Origin: Chrysomallon squamiferum | Taxonomy: Eukaryota > Animalia > Mollusca | Reading direction: 5' to 3' | Assembly (NCBI GenBank): GCA_012295275.1 | Contig: CM022671.1 | Coordinates: 14,570,001 to 14,634,000, forward strand | Length of the DNA stretch: 64,000 nt | Shown here: positions 38,311-53,427 of the stretch, one piece after another | Layout: the number at the start of each line of letters is the position of its first letter | How positions within the stretch are numbered: position 1 is the stretch's first letter | Notes under the pieces: model-generated | Seen by the model: only the letters and a program-made list of their open reading frames with translations | The model's database searches: none | Told to the model about the DNA's origin: nothing | Made by a program: the position numbers and the translations under genes

Positions 38311-38833
38311 CCGGAAGTCGAGACGTATTATTACACGGTTTTATGACCAATGCGCTGTCTTGTTTATATTTTACAATGACAAGAAGAAATGAAAATGAAA
38401 GAAAAGACAAAAAAAAAAAAAAAAAAATTGAATGTGAATATAATATACAAGTTAAATATTTTAGTAAAAATATCCATGCAGCAATGAATATATATTTTAA
38501 AAATATATATTTATTAATCTATTATTTTGATTTTATAATATAATTAAAAAAATTTATGAAAATTTAAATTGTGTTCGAAATTGTTGTATTAACTATATAG
38601 TATATTATATATTTTTTGTATTCTTTTGAGATTACAAATTTCAATCAATCAAATATGGGTGGCGGACAGAATCACTGGACATTTACTCATAAAGACTTGT
38701 GACAATATAAACAATTAAACATCCAGTTAGTATTTGTCGATCTTTTTAATTTTCTATTTATGGTTTTACGTCATTAGTTTTGTTTACTTTCACTCTCAGT
38801 GTTACGCCATTTATTGAGAAATGCCGAGTAAGT
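38311..38833 (+). promoter_or_regulatory. Probable rdgB promoter / first non-coding exon region
   Basis: ETS motif ccggaagt (38311), GC-box-like gggtggcgg (~38657), YY1-like cgccattt (~38805), followed by donor ga|gtaagt (~38828). Confidence 0.4.
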
Positions 38834-39151
38834 GACTGTCGAGCCAGTCGGTGATGGAGTAGAGTAAACACTAAACATAATAATTTTGCATATAATTATT
38901 TTGTGTTACGGAAGTTAATCTCAGAAGGTTTGTTATTGTTGTTGTTTTTCATCATTTATATTTTATTTATTGAAGACCAGTGTTTGTAAAATTGCAAGAA
39001 ATGCTTACGGTCAGTTTGTAAAGATTCTCATTACGATTAACAGTAGACAGTACTGTACAGTAGTGTGTCTAAGACTGAGTTACAGTGAGTAGTCCGAGTA
39101 GATTCATTCAGTGGATAATATTAATAATCATAAGGCTGGAAATAATAATCC

Positions 39152-39187
<36 letters not shown>

Positions 39188-42100
39188 TGTAATTCTATAG
39201 GATGTAACATTTAACTTTTTATAAACAACGTGAGTACACTCTACTGGTTAGTCACATTCTTTAATCATATGCAATTCTGAATTCATTGAGAATTCAAACG
39301 AAAATAAGATAATACATACTCAGAAAGAATATCCTGTGCTAAAAAAAATATTAAAATTCAAAGTATTTATCCCTTTGAAATAGATCATTCTGACAATTTT
39401 ATTTACTATAAATTATAATTATTACCAAAACATTATTTGCTCATAAGATTTAGGTTCACAAGACCAAAATAAGTACATTACTATGTAACATAACTAATGT
39501 AAAATAGCCATTATTTTATTTTCTGTAACTTAGTCATATTGCATTTCAAGTCAGTAATAGTAATTATACTTGGTGATAATCAGTTTAAATTTGTTAACTG
39601 TTGATAAACATTTGAGTCATTTATTAAACTTCTGTTTATGAACATGTATTGTTAACTATATTTTTAATGTAACATTAACATACATAATTTAGATACTTGT
39701 TTATTTCCAAGTCCTTTTATTGTTCATTATTTTTTACTTTGTATTATTTTGTAATACAAATTATTATTTGCATATTATGTATTATTATTATTTAACATTA
39801 TACATTAGTGAAAACTAAAATATATCTTCCTATTATAATATAGTACTGTATGTTATGTGGATCATATTTTAAGTAAGAAGACTGCATTGGAAATAAGTGT
39901 GTGATAGTGTACATCTAACCTCAGTGATTATGTTAAAAACTGTATTTTTTATTTACTAATCAGTGGATGTATTATTATGCCAAATAAATTTCAATTCAGT
40001 TCAATTGTACAATTTAGTGCAATAAAATATATCACCCGGTTCATAACAGTGATCAAAATAGATAGTAATACAAATAAATAAAAACAAAACAAATTATACT
40101 AAAGAGAAATAATCCTTAATTACAGTGGAATAATCTTAGCGTATATGTTACAAAAATAATTATGATAATTACATCGTATAAAATTATAATAATTACAGTT
40201 TTTAAATATTCCCTGTGGATGGACAAAATTTATATTTCTAAAATATCTTCAAATATCCAAGAAATCATAAATAAATAAAAAGATACATATTCATTCCCAA
40301 TGCAAATAATTTGCTTCATGCTGTCAAACATAACATTAGATAAAAACATTCAAAATTTATTTTACTTAGAAAGTAACAACTGAAATAAAAATTACTGAAG
40401 AGGACAATTGGCACAAAAATTTATAATAATACTGACATTCTCAAATTAATTATTTAATTTTAACTTTAATTGTAGTAGGTCTGCTTTTTCAAAGCAGTTG
40501 GTAAAGCACACAGAAGATAAATTTGATGCATTCTGTTTCTGTCTTTGGGTATAACACAGACAATGCTTTACAGAAAACAAAAGTACAAAATACCTCTAAC
40601 TCAGAAGTAGCATTCAAGCTGTGCATATTTTGAAATACTATTGAAAATACATATTCTTCATATTAAATCCTAGAATGAATATCAAAAAATGCAACAGAAA
40701 GAAACAAAAGTAACTAATTTCTATCCTGGATTAGAAAATGGAGGAAATGGTCAAAGATGGATATGTTAGTTTTCTGGATTCTTCAGTAAATAATAATCCT
40801 GGATCCATTCTGGATGTTGCTAGTCGATCTGTTTAATAAGTTGCTGTTAGCAGTCCTGTCTTTTTGAGACAGAGGAAAATGTTTCTTGCATTGACAAGTA
40901 CTTGCTGGATTACATTTTCTGTTCCATGTACTCCATTACTCAAACAATATCTGAAGTTATAATCTTGGAAAATACACATTTTTTTTTTAGATTTAAACCA
41001 AACTGATCTGGAATGTATTCCTGTTGGTATGTTGCCAGATTTTTCAATTGATCTTCTGAGACATCACTGGAAATGATGATCAAGAGAATAATATGTGTTT
41101 AATGCTTAGAAATGTTCCAGTTTATGTATACAGAATTAAGCCATTACAAGAATTTTGCAGGAAAAAATAACATTAAGAAATTCATTTTAATATTTCTCTT
41201 CTGAATCAACCTCCTAAATCCAGGTTCTAATGATATAAAAAAGTTGAAGGTATAAAATGTTTGACATAAATTAAATAATTTTAAAAACTATAATTGTATA
41301 CATCTCTGCAGCATAAATATTTCTCACAACATTATATTTTTTTATTATTGAATAAGCAAAAATATGTTGTTGCGAAAGAAATGGAACTTTGATTTTCAGT
41401 AAAATATTTGTTAATTTTAAAAGATCTGCTATTATTGTAAACATCTCTATGTATTCAGACAAATCTTCATATCATTCGAAAATAGTGTTCAATTTTGTAT
41501 TTCTGTTTAATTTATTTATTTATTGATTAATTGGTTTATTATCATTATCATAATTATTATCATTATTTTTCTTTTTTTCCACTTGAAATCAATATTAAAT
41601 CTGGCTAGACATTTTATAACTTTCTGCAGCACCAGGCTAAGATGTAAGAGTAATCTGTATTGATTATTTTAAATGTCACGCTATGCTAAGAAGAGTGTTC
41701 ACCATCTTTCTTTTCATATTCATTTTCGCTGCCTAGTGGTACTATTCTACTGTATTTGCAAAGCATTTAGGGTAATAAAATCCCCAGAGAAATAACCAGT
41801 TTAATTTGCAGATTTTTAATACTGGACAAATATTTCTTTTTTGTTTGGTCAAATTTGCAGCCCTGGCAGGTAGAAAATGCTGAGATTTATCTGGAAATTC
41901 AAATGCAGACATTATTTTGAGGAGTGTGGTAAGTATATTATCTAATTCTGTCTGAGATTTTGGTGCCAGAATTTATGTGATATATTAATTAAATCTACTA
42001 CAGTTAATAAATAATATGTGCATTTTAATTATCTTAAATTATACATCTGCAAACACAAATGTATGCATGCAGGTATATATATATATATTGTATATGAATA

Positions 42101-42236
42101 TAAGTGTGCAGTTATTGATTCGCTAAAAGCTAGATGTCATTAATTTGTATAGAAATTGATTAATAAAATAATTTTTGAAGGAATGTTTAACAAAAAAATT
42201 GTATCAAATTTATTCATTCTCTCTCACACACACAGA

Positions 42237-42276
<40 letters not shown>

Positions 42277-43385
42277 GTTTGATTTTTGACATACATTTTT
42301 TTTAAATGTACATTTAATCACTCTTAATTACATGTTACTGTGATAAGCATTAGATAGCATATAGAGACAAAAAGAGCACTAGATTGTCATTATTATAAGT
42401 TTAAAAAAATGAAGATAGTTTAATAACAGTCCAGCTATGCCATTTATCAATCAAATTATGTTTCTCACATAAATATTTATAAATATGAATTAAGAGTGAA
42501 TAACAATTATTAAAGAATAAAATGTATTTTCAAACTGTTTTGGCTTTTCCCCAATTTTCCCCACTTTTATGTTTTTATCAATTGATTTTACTGTTCCTGT
42601 CAGAAATTTACCTATCCTGTTTGTTATTTATCACTTAGAGAACTAACTGTCCTCTGATGCAAACTATATTAATAGTAATTTATATATATATATATAGTTT
42701 GTTTAAAAACCCAAAGGAAAATGTGAAAATTATATTTAATTATTTGAGATATTTTGAATTTATTTATATTTAGCATCAGATTTAACATTAAGATTATTCT
42801 TAAATATTTAATAATGATTTGACAGTAATACAAATTATACAGAATTAACATTGACATAATTGGTATGTTCTGAAAAGAGGAATTTCAGTAAAATTATAAT
42901 TAAATAAAGCATTTTTCATTTAAAACAAAAATGAGATAAAGATTTTTTTAAATCAAATGTGACCTAAATATTTAAAAATTAAAGATTAAATCTTTTCAAT
43001 TCCATATAGCTAATAAAAATGAAATTGTTTACTTCTTTGTTTGGTTTTGTTTAAATTTAAAATCCAGGTTTAACAACTGTATCAATAATATTTCAGAGTG
43101 ATTGCTAAAGTCACCCTTTGTGCAGTGTTCATATTGATAAAACTTTAAAGAAAACTACTTAAATTCACCCTTTGTTACTCACACAGTTGATTTTGTTGCA
43201 TTATATTACCTGTGTTCATTTTGAGAAGCTGAACTGACTCTGATTATTGGTAGTGTCATAATTTATTGCAAATTTATGACATACACATATTTATGTTTTT
43301 TTTTTTAATCTGTTTCAGATTTTTGAAATGTTCAGATTGATGGCATAATAATAATACAACTGATGGAAACAGTTAGGTAGCAGCA

Positions 43386-46300
43386 ATGTTGATTAAAGAG
43401 TACCGCATTCCACTGCCTATGAGTGTGGAAGATTACCGCATAGCACAACTGTATATGATACAGGTAATGTTTGAACATAGATTAATATTCAGTCCCAGTA
43501 TAATATATATTCTTTGATTTATTAAACACACATCAAAGAGTTATTGTTGATGTTTGTAATGTTTTGGCACAGGCATGGCTGATAACATGCAGAGATGGAA
43601 TTAAAAACATGATGAATCATTCCAGTAGACATTTTGGTGTATTTATATTCAGTGGTTACTTTCAACTCACTGTTTGTGTCAGGTTGCTTGCATACATTTT
43701 ATTAGCACACCCTAGTGTAAATGTTTTATAAAATATTCACTGCATTATATTTGAATGATAAAAATAACTTTCCAGAAGAAAAGTCGTGAAGAGAGTCATG
43801 GTGCAGGCAGTGGTGTGGAGATCATTGAAAACAAACCTTACACAGACGGACCAGGAGGCAGCGGCCAGTACACGTACAAGATCTATCACATTGGAAGCCA
43901 TTTGCCCAGTGAGTAACAAGCTAACTGATGTTTTCTTATTACTACATTATAACCATTTTTAAATCATATTTTAATTTATGAAAATAATTGGAAGTCAGTA
44001 TGTCTATTATTGTATATGTCAGAGGTGTTAAATCTGCTTTTTTTGTAAATTTTCAAATGTAATGATGATTTTTTAACTGATTAGGCTGGTTCCGGGCAAT
44101 CCTTCCCAAGTCAGCCCTTAGAGTGGAAGAAGAGGCATGGAATGCATATCCTTACACCAAAACCAAATACAGGTGTCCTTTCGTGGAAAAATTTCTTCTG
44201 GAGATTGAAACAAAATATTTAAGTGATGATGGCAAGACTGAAAATGTGTTTAATATGGCTCCTGCTGATAAGAGACAAAGAATCCTAGGTAACACATTTA
44301 ATTTCTTCCATTTCTAATCTTCCTGTGATTTACTTTGCACTCAGTCACTTCATGTGTTTGTTTTGCCATTTCATCAGCTAAAAAAAAAATTAATATAGGA
44401 ATGTCTAGAATACTAGACTACATCAGCTGTAATGAATTAGAAGAATAATGTTCTAAGTCAGTAATAATTCCAGTATTTTATAAATTCAACCATCACTATA
44501 CAGTCCACAATGAAAATAATATCAGACTTTTAAAATGTTTTATATATATATATATATATACATAATGTGAAGATATTAATAAAGTTTTATAACTTTTTGT
44601 TGTAACTTACAAATATTTATTTATAATATTTTCGACACTTTTTATTTTCCTCCTTTTTAATTTATTCCATTTATTCTTTATTTTTTTATATTTCTTAGAT
44701 GTAATTGATATTGTGAAAGACCCAATTTCAAGTACAGATTATAAACAAGAAGAGGACCCTAGAATTTATCGATCAACCAAAACTGGAAGAGGTCCACTTA
44801 AAGAAAACTGGCTTGAAGAATACTCTTCTTCAGATAGTATTATGACGGCATACAAACTCTGCAAAGTTGAATTTCGATACTGGGGAATGCAGAATAAAAT
44901 TGAAAAATTCATACATGACATAGGTCAGTATTATAATCACTTATAAAATCAGTTCATTTGGTGGAGAGAATTCTTCATTAATGGTTTAAAATTACTTGGT
45001 GGTGGAGTTTCAGTACTTTTAGAATATTTTATTTTGTGTTAATTATTATTGTTGTTGATGTTAAATTTTAAAAAATTTATTTTAGCTATCCATCATTGAT
45101 TTATTTATTTGTATGTTAATTTTAAAAAATTTTATTTTAGCTATCCATCATTGATTTATTTATTTGTTTTTTAAATGAAAGATAGAAAATTAAACATTAT
45201 ATTATTTGGTAATATCATTACTTTTTGTTTTGAATGTACTGAATGTAACTGTTGGAATTTATCCCATCTGAAATGTATAGGAAAACTGCATCCATCTAGT
45301 GATGGCCTTCTTTTGAGAAACACTTCCAGGCAAATCAAAGACAATATTTACTCACTTTCCTGGCTGTTGTATAACAAACATCAATTTACTAAAAATAAGT
45401 CAGGATAAATAGGATTTTTATGGAGAACAGAAATATTTACCCAGTTTTTTTAATAGGGAACAGAAAGATAAATGCATAATCAGTTCTGTGATCAAATAAT
45501 TTGATTTAGAGATTAATTTAATTTAGCTCTCAGTTAATGGTTTAAAAATATTTGGGGTTGGGGTTTTTAATACAAAAACGTATGACTCTTAAAGTGACAT
45601 TGTTTTTCAGCTCTGCGTAAAACAATGCTGCGAGCGCATCGCCAGGCGTGGTGTTGGCAGGATGAATGGCACGGACTGACACTGAACGACATTCGTCAGT
45701 TGGAACTGGAAACACAGCTGGCACTGAAGGAGAAAATGGCAAACGCCGCCAACGAAGAAGAAGCACTTTTAGAGACAAATAAATCAGAAGGAGTGAAGAG
45801 AGATAACTCTGTTCACTTTGCCGAAACTGAGGAAAATACTAAAAAAAACTCAGACATGTTTGATGTAACATGTTCTGCAGAGAGTAGCTCAAATACGTTA
45901 GTTAATGCTCAAAGTTCAGAGTCCTTGAGAAGAAATTCCGTGGGATCTTGCTCAAAGTCAGTTGGAGGTAAAGTTATAAAATCTTTTATTTAAGTTGTAT
46001 GTATTCATCCATCAGTAATGCTTTATAACTAATACTGAAATTTGAAAACCAAAATAAATTAAATAAAATGTCTATAGTTTACACTTGTATCTTCTGATCT
46101 TTATCTAAGGTTGTACAATTTTTATATTTTTTTTATAAAATCATTCAAGCCAGTTTGTGCACAGGATTATGCTCAGATGTGTATAAAAGATCATATTTAT
46201 CTTACTGACAATAGGAAATTTCATATAAAACATTAATTTTTGCTAACTGATAAAGATGCAACATGATTTTCATTATTGTAAGTTGAGATTTTTCTTAATT

Positions 46301-49300
46301 GAAAGAAGATGTTCTGACAAGCAGGATAGTAAAATAAAAATATAAATGTATTTTATATCTTGTTATTAGCTGAAGATTAGTTTCTTTTTGTCATAAATTA
46401 TAAACACTAGTCAGTTGTATAGCAACATTTTTTGTCCATCTCAAGAAGGATAACATTTATTACAAATTATTGTTGTTGTTGTTGTTGTTATTATTATTAT
46501 TATTATTATTATTTTTTTTGTTATTATTATTATTATTATTTTTATTATTATTATTATTATTTTTATTTTTGGCACTAAAATAATTTTTGACTTCTCTGAA
46601 AAGGTTAGAACTATGTTTTGTCCCATAAGGAGATATTAATGTAAGTTTGGATTTTCACAATGAACAGAAAACTGCTGTTTTATATCTAATATTGTCTTTG
46701 TTGTGACCGTTAAAGTAAAATAATACAGATACTTGGAATATAACTTAAAAATGGTTTGCTGAGCCAAGAGATGCATATGTGTGTATATATGTGTGTGTGT
46801 ATATGTGTGTGTGTATATATGTGTATGTGAATGAGTGTGTGTGTATGTGTCACATGGGTTCTAGAACAGATATTAGTGCCAAAAAAACCAAAAAACCGCT
46901 GATTGACTTATTTTCCTGCATGTGACAATTATTCTGTTTATTTTGGCTGTCTGTTAAACTGAGTAATTCAGTCTGTTTTGACAATATGTTCTTGTTGTAA
47001 ATAATTGACATATGTATATGCATAATATGTATCTAAATATGTTTATCTCTATCTGTCTGTCTATCCATCCAGACATGTATCTCTGTACCCACAAACACAG
47101 AGATATGGATATGTTATTGTTAGAGAAATGTCTGAACAGCATCAGTATCTTTATGTAATTTACCTTAGCACTGTTAATAATCAACTTTTGTGTCATTCAT
47201 ACTGAGACGTCTGTTCCTTCTGCATCTATTTTGGTAATTTGTAGACATGTTTTTTTTTCTTTATGAGAAACTGTTGACTGTACAATTCATCACACCTGCT
47301 TCTATATCAAAATTTATGAAGATATTATTTTCTTTTTAATTATAAGTAGTAGTATTAAATAACAATAAAATATAGTTTATTCCAGAAATTTATTCTTCCT
47401 TCAAATTAGGCTTATCATTAAGGTGCACTGCATGTGTCTGTATTTGTGTTGTTGGTGAGGGAAAGAAAATTCAGGTACTATAGTATTTGAGGTTAACAAA
47501 AACCAAGCTTTCAGTTAATTTGACTTTCCTACAGTTCAGTTGTTTGTGTTTCAGGATCTAACAGAGATGTTTCTGACTGGAAGCTCGAGAGTCTGGCATC
47601 TAGCTCTGATGAAGAGTTTTTTGATGCATCAGGTATGTTAATGTCATCAATGTTATGTTAATATCATCAATGTTATGTTAATATCATTAAAGTTATGTTA
47701 ATATAATCAGTGTCAGTTGTTTGTGTAGACTAATGTGTAACCATTTGTTAAGTATAGTTTATGCTGATACCATTTTAATGAACTGTAGTGAAATCTGTGC
47801 ACACTTTTGTTCATTGTTTAAAACAATGTAAAATCCCATACAGTTTCTATATTTTTCTGTGTAAGTAAACAATACAATTACTGAAATTCTTAGATATCAT
47901 TTTTTTTTTTTTATATATGCCAGATATTCATTATTCCAGTTAAAATTTTATTATTTGAAAACAAATCAACATAAAACACTGATAATAAATGCTTTTAGAA
48001 AATCAGAACAAACCTTTTTATTACCATCATGATTTTTAAAAACAGTATGTTGTGAATCTGAAAATCTTATTATAAGTATTAATTATTGAAAAAAAGTGTC
48101 AAATGTGGTTTATTTTCAAAATATTTTAATAAGAAAAGAGTTATTAAATGTTATTGAAATTTTCTTTTCATAAACTTCAAATAGGACTGAAAATGTTTCA
48201 TTTGCAGACGACATTGAGGTGGGAGAGGGAAGCACTGCTGGGGTGAACCAGCTTGTTAGGTCATCCTCCATGGAGATAATCTGTAGCAGAGAAGAATACA
48301 CAGAAGCAAGCAGAAGTTCAGCCGAAGGTTTGCTAAACGGTTATTTCAAATAATAATTAAATATTTTTTCTTTAAAGGGGGAATATTTTTTTTTTCTTTT
48401 GTTAAAATAATATTGTTTATTTATCAATAAATATGATTTTTTTAAATTTTTATATGATGATGATGATGATGATAAAGTTATCTAACTGATGCAGTTAGCA
48501 ATAGAGATGTCAGAACTCAAATAATCCAAGAAAAACAATTCTTCCTTGGCACGTTCTGCCTGAAATCACATATTTAAATTACTATTTTGTTACTGCAGAG
48601 TCTAACTTTGGTCGTCGAGTAGAACAGTTTCGACGGATTTACAGTGTGGATTCTTCTTTACCTGCAGGAATAGTGTCCAGTGCACCAACTTCAACATGTC
48701 CAGTCAAATTTCTCTTTCTTGTCGTCCACGGAGGTCAGTAAATCTGACAGTCAGAAAATAGCTAAAATGCACTCTGTTTGGTTTTAGGGACTGTATAATA
48801 ATTATTAATGTTGTAAGAATAGAAACAGAACTTTAATATTCAGAATACAACTTTATATACAAATTTTTGTATTGTTATATTTGTTACTGCTTGTATGTTT
48901 ATGTTTGATGTATATTCTAAATGAACAATGAAAATTGTTATTCATTTTCAAAATGTACATCGTTTTTAGGTACTAATAAGCGTTTACATATATCACAATT
49001 AAACAAATAATTTGCTTTCTTCACATTAGCCTTTTGTGATTTAATTAATTGTTTGTAATATTTTAAGAGAAAATAAATCTTTTACTGGTTTCATCTTTCT
49101 GTTTTCTAATAGTAAAATTATAAATAAAATTGTATCAGTTTTCTGAATCTAACATTTAATTATTAATCTGTTTAGGTAGCATACTGGAAACTGGAAAAGA
49201 GACGTCATCTAAAAATAGTGATTACAATACACTGAAGTCGACATTTGAAACTGTGGTGAATTCTCACTACTCTTCAGTGTGTGGCCAGATTGCTTTCCGT

Positions 49301-50444
49301 CTTGTAACCTGTCCTCCAATCTGCTCTGAGACTTTGTCCGTTCTGTCGAGGTGAGTTTTAAACTCTGTGAAGCCAATGTTGGTAAGGAGGGTGTATTTCA
49401 GTAACACTATCCATGAAAAATAATATTTAATCCAAAAAGGTAGTCTGATTTTGGGGGCTAGTAATAGAAAATGTATTGTCTTATCTACTACATTCCTAAT
49501 TGATCCCTAATCATAACAAATTCAAAAAGATCATGGTTTTTGATTTTTGATAAGCTATTTTCAATCACATTTTGTTTACGAGATTTGAGTAAAATATGCA
49601 AGTACAATTATAGAAAATAAGCAAGTTAATGTTTTTTAATTGCTATAGAAACCTGCAAATTGCTAGCTAATAAATATTTATGACACAATACTAGTACATA
49701 AATTAGATAATAAACTATGAATCCCATTCATTTCATCATTTAGTGGATTAAGAACTATGTCAAAGAAATGATCAAATCTGAGGTTTTATTTTTGTTTTAT
49801 TTTACCACTGTAGCCTGAGTCCATACAATTTTGACACGCAGTCAGTGGGTGAGGAGAATTCTTTGGCTCGAACTCAGTCGTTCGTTCCGCTTGGAGCCAT
49901 CGCCCTGTTTGCTGCGTCTGGGGCTGGCTATCAGCAGCATGTTAACCAGGTTGTCTCCGAGTCCAACAAAGTGTTCCACGAGTTCCTCCTGTCAGATGAA
50001 GGAAGAGGGTTTAATGGACAGGTCTGTATAACCAGCAGGCACATTTGATAATGTTTTGTAATAACGTGTTAAATAAAAACAAAACACTGAATTAATCCAT
50101 TATACTAATCTGTTAATTATTTCCACACCCAAATTCATGATAAAAATAAAATGATATCACAGAACCAAGTTTCCACATTTGAAATTTGTAATTTTTCAAC
50201 TGTTTTAAACTTTTTAGTTTGTAAGAATTACAGTGAACTGGAAAGTTAAAATGGGTTTAATTTAATAAATTTACAAATTCATTCTATAACATAAGGCCTT
50301 CCCTCTAGATAGCATCAAAGCATTTATGATGAAATGACAAAGACTTTTGAAAATGTTTTTAATCACAACACAACACAATACACTGTTAACTCTGGGTCAC
50401 AGAAACAAAGAAAGATTCATTAATGCTTGTTATTTTCCATTTTT

Positions 50445-50476
<32 letters not shown>

Positions 50477-53383
50477 TTATTGACACCTACATTGTACAAA
50501 TGGTTTGTTGCAGACAAACATCATTGCTGACTCTGCTGGCTCACTTCTGACATACGATGCATTGACCAGGTCACATCAGCTTGAGTCGTTTCACGGAAGT
50601 TGTTACGGCAGTCACACCAGTTTAGATGACCCATCCTGCGAGCAGAAACAGTCGAGTGTCAGGGATGAGGCGAAGGAAACGAGTCTGAAGAATGAAGACT
50701 TGAACGCAGAGAGGAAGGAGAGAAGAGAAGAAACACAGGGTTCTCTGCACATCAAAGAACACGAAACGTCTAAGTCTGCAGTCAGCAGTGCTCATGTTAT
50801 GAAGTTTGAATTCGACGTGTCAGACTTTTTTATGTTAGGATCCCCACTTGGACTAATCCTAGCTCACCGGCAAATGTTTGCAACAGAAACTTCAAGTAAG
50901 TCGAGAACTTTACTTCAGTAGAATTGCTGTACTCTTTACATCTGTTGAAATATTTATTTTAAACTTTTTGTGCAGTTGGAATTGCATGATTATAATCATC
51001 AAAAGTTTTAGTTGTCAATAACTATCTTAAATAACCTTAGAGTTACTCAGTATTTTTCCTTGATGCTATTTTAGCCTTGGTTAATAAAATCCATATATTT
51101 GTTATTGTTAATTGTGTAATAAGTTTTTATTATAAAACAAATAAACTTGTTTGTTTGAATGTTAGCATCCAGAAAACTCAAAACTTAAAGCACTTTTATG
51201 AAATATTATTTATCATGTTTAATAAAGAAATATTTTTCTAATTATTTTATTGTCATCACAGTTTGCACAATAAGCAATAATCTTTCTAAAAATGCCATCT
51301 ATCTCATGGTGAAATGAAACAATAGTATGTTTCCAAGATATGTTTAAATTTATAGTTGGTTCATTTGTCTTTTTTCCTGCAGTAATTAACATTTATATTT
51401 TAGTCTGGTTTATTATTTTATTAATTACTATTTTCAAATATCTCTGTATTTCTTCAAATCATCATAAACCAAAAAAAAATAAAATAATAATTTGTCAAAA
51501 TTTACAATTTTTTTTATTTCTTTTTTATTCATTAGTAGACTGATAAATTTTGTTAAACTTTTATTATCAGCTGAAATATTTATTCATTTTTCAGAACCTC
51601 CTCTGAAACCTGCATGTCAGCAGGTGTATAACTTGTTCCATTCCAATGACCCAATTGCCATTCGTCTAGAGCCCATGATAGTGTCTGGCTTTAAACACAT
51701 TGCACCTATCAAAATATCACGCTACAGCAGGTTTCCACTTGGTGATGTAGAGACAGTGCATGTTGGTATGTTGTATAATCACAAATTTAAATACTAGCAA
51801 CTTTAATATGATTTGAACATTTTTTTTTTTTTTTTTTTAAATCTTCATATTTTTCATCTCAGATTTGTTTAAACATGATTAAATCAATAATAATAATAAT
51901 AATAGTAACAATGACAATAATAATAATGTCTTTAATTTATTTATCCTGGGTGACATAATTAGTTTACAATGTGATTCCTTATCAAAGCTCATTAGTAGAT
52001 TTCAAATAATCACCCATTACTGATAGGAATTATATTTTGTTTGGTCTGTCATGGAAATTTAAAATATGAAAGTGTTTCTGTTTTTTTCTAGTTGAAACAA
52101 TCCAGAACAACCTTTCACTATTCAGCGACACGTCGCGACATTCTGGGTCACCAGAGTTGCTGAATGTGCAGCATCGCGCAAGTGTATCCAGCAACAACAG
52201 CGCCACATCAGGAGTGGGAGAGACGACTGTCACAGCCATCACTAACGGTAGTCAGCAACATCTTCCCTTTGCCTTAGTAAAACACCTGTTTCAGTCTAGA
52301 TACTTGTCAGAATTTTATAAACTTACTGAAAACATTTTATATTACAAACAGTAGTCAGCAACATCTTCCCTTTGCCTCACTAAAACACCTGTTTCAGTCT
52401 AGATACTTGTCAGAGTTTTATAAACTTACTGAATACATTTTATATTACAAACGATATTCAGCAAGACTTCCCTTTGCCTCACTAAAACACCTGTTTCAAT
52501 CTAGATACTTGTCAGAGTTTTATAAACTTACTGAATACCTTTTATATTACAAATGGTTTTCAGCAAAATCTTCTGTTTGCTTCATTAAAATGCCTGTTTT
52601 TAACTATTTCAATCTACTTGCATATATCAGAGGTTTATAAATTTACTGAGTAAATTTTTATATGGTATGTAAAAAGTGTATGATAAATAATGTTAAGCAA
52701 GTTTTGTTTTTTGGTCAAAACACATTTAAAAGTACCACTTTTTTGCTGATACTTTGATCTAAACTTGAGACTAGAGAAATTTTTAATTACAACATTGTGC
52801 ACACCATGTGACTTCAATTTCATTAAAAATAATAAAATTTATTACATTTGTTGAAGTCAGTATGGTGTATAATTGGCAAAAAAAATCTGTTCCTGAAGAT
52901 AAAATTTTAAACTGATAGATAAAGCAACAGATTAGTTTTCATATTGTTTTCATTCTGCACTTTGTAATATTTGTCAAATGATGATTTATTTGTAAAGTAA
53001 CAAAGACAAGTGGGGTATGAAAAGGGTGTTGTGTGTTTTCATTCTGCACTTTGCAGTTTTTGTCAAATGATGGTTTTGTTTCTGCAGTGACACGGCACTG
53101 GTGGGGAGCAAAACGAGTGGACTGTGTCCTGTACTGTCCAGAAGTACTTCATTCTTTTCCTACCAGCGCTCTGCCTCACCTCTTTCACGCCAGCTTCTGG
53201 GAATCCACTGATGCTGTGGCTTTCATTCTGAGACAGGTAAGACTTCACAAGTGTGTGTATGTTTTTTTATGTACGTAGATGTGTAGGTATATAGATATGT
53301 AGGTATTTACATAGGATGTAGGTATGTATGTATGTATGTAAGTAGCTGCGTATGTGTGTATGTAATGTATGTATATATATGTA

Positions 53384-53427
<44 letters not shown>

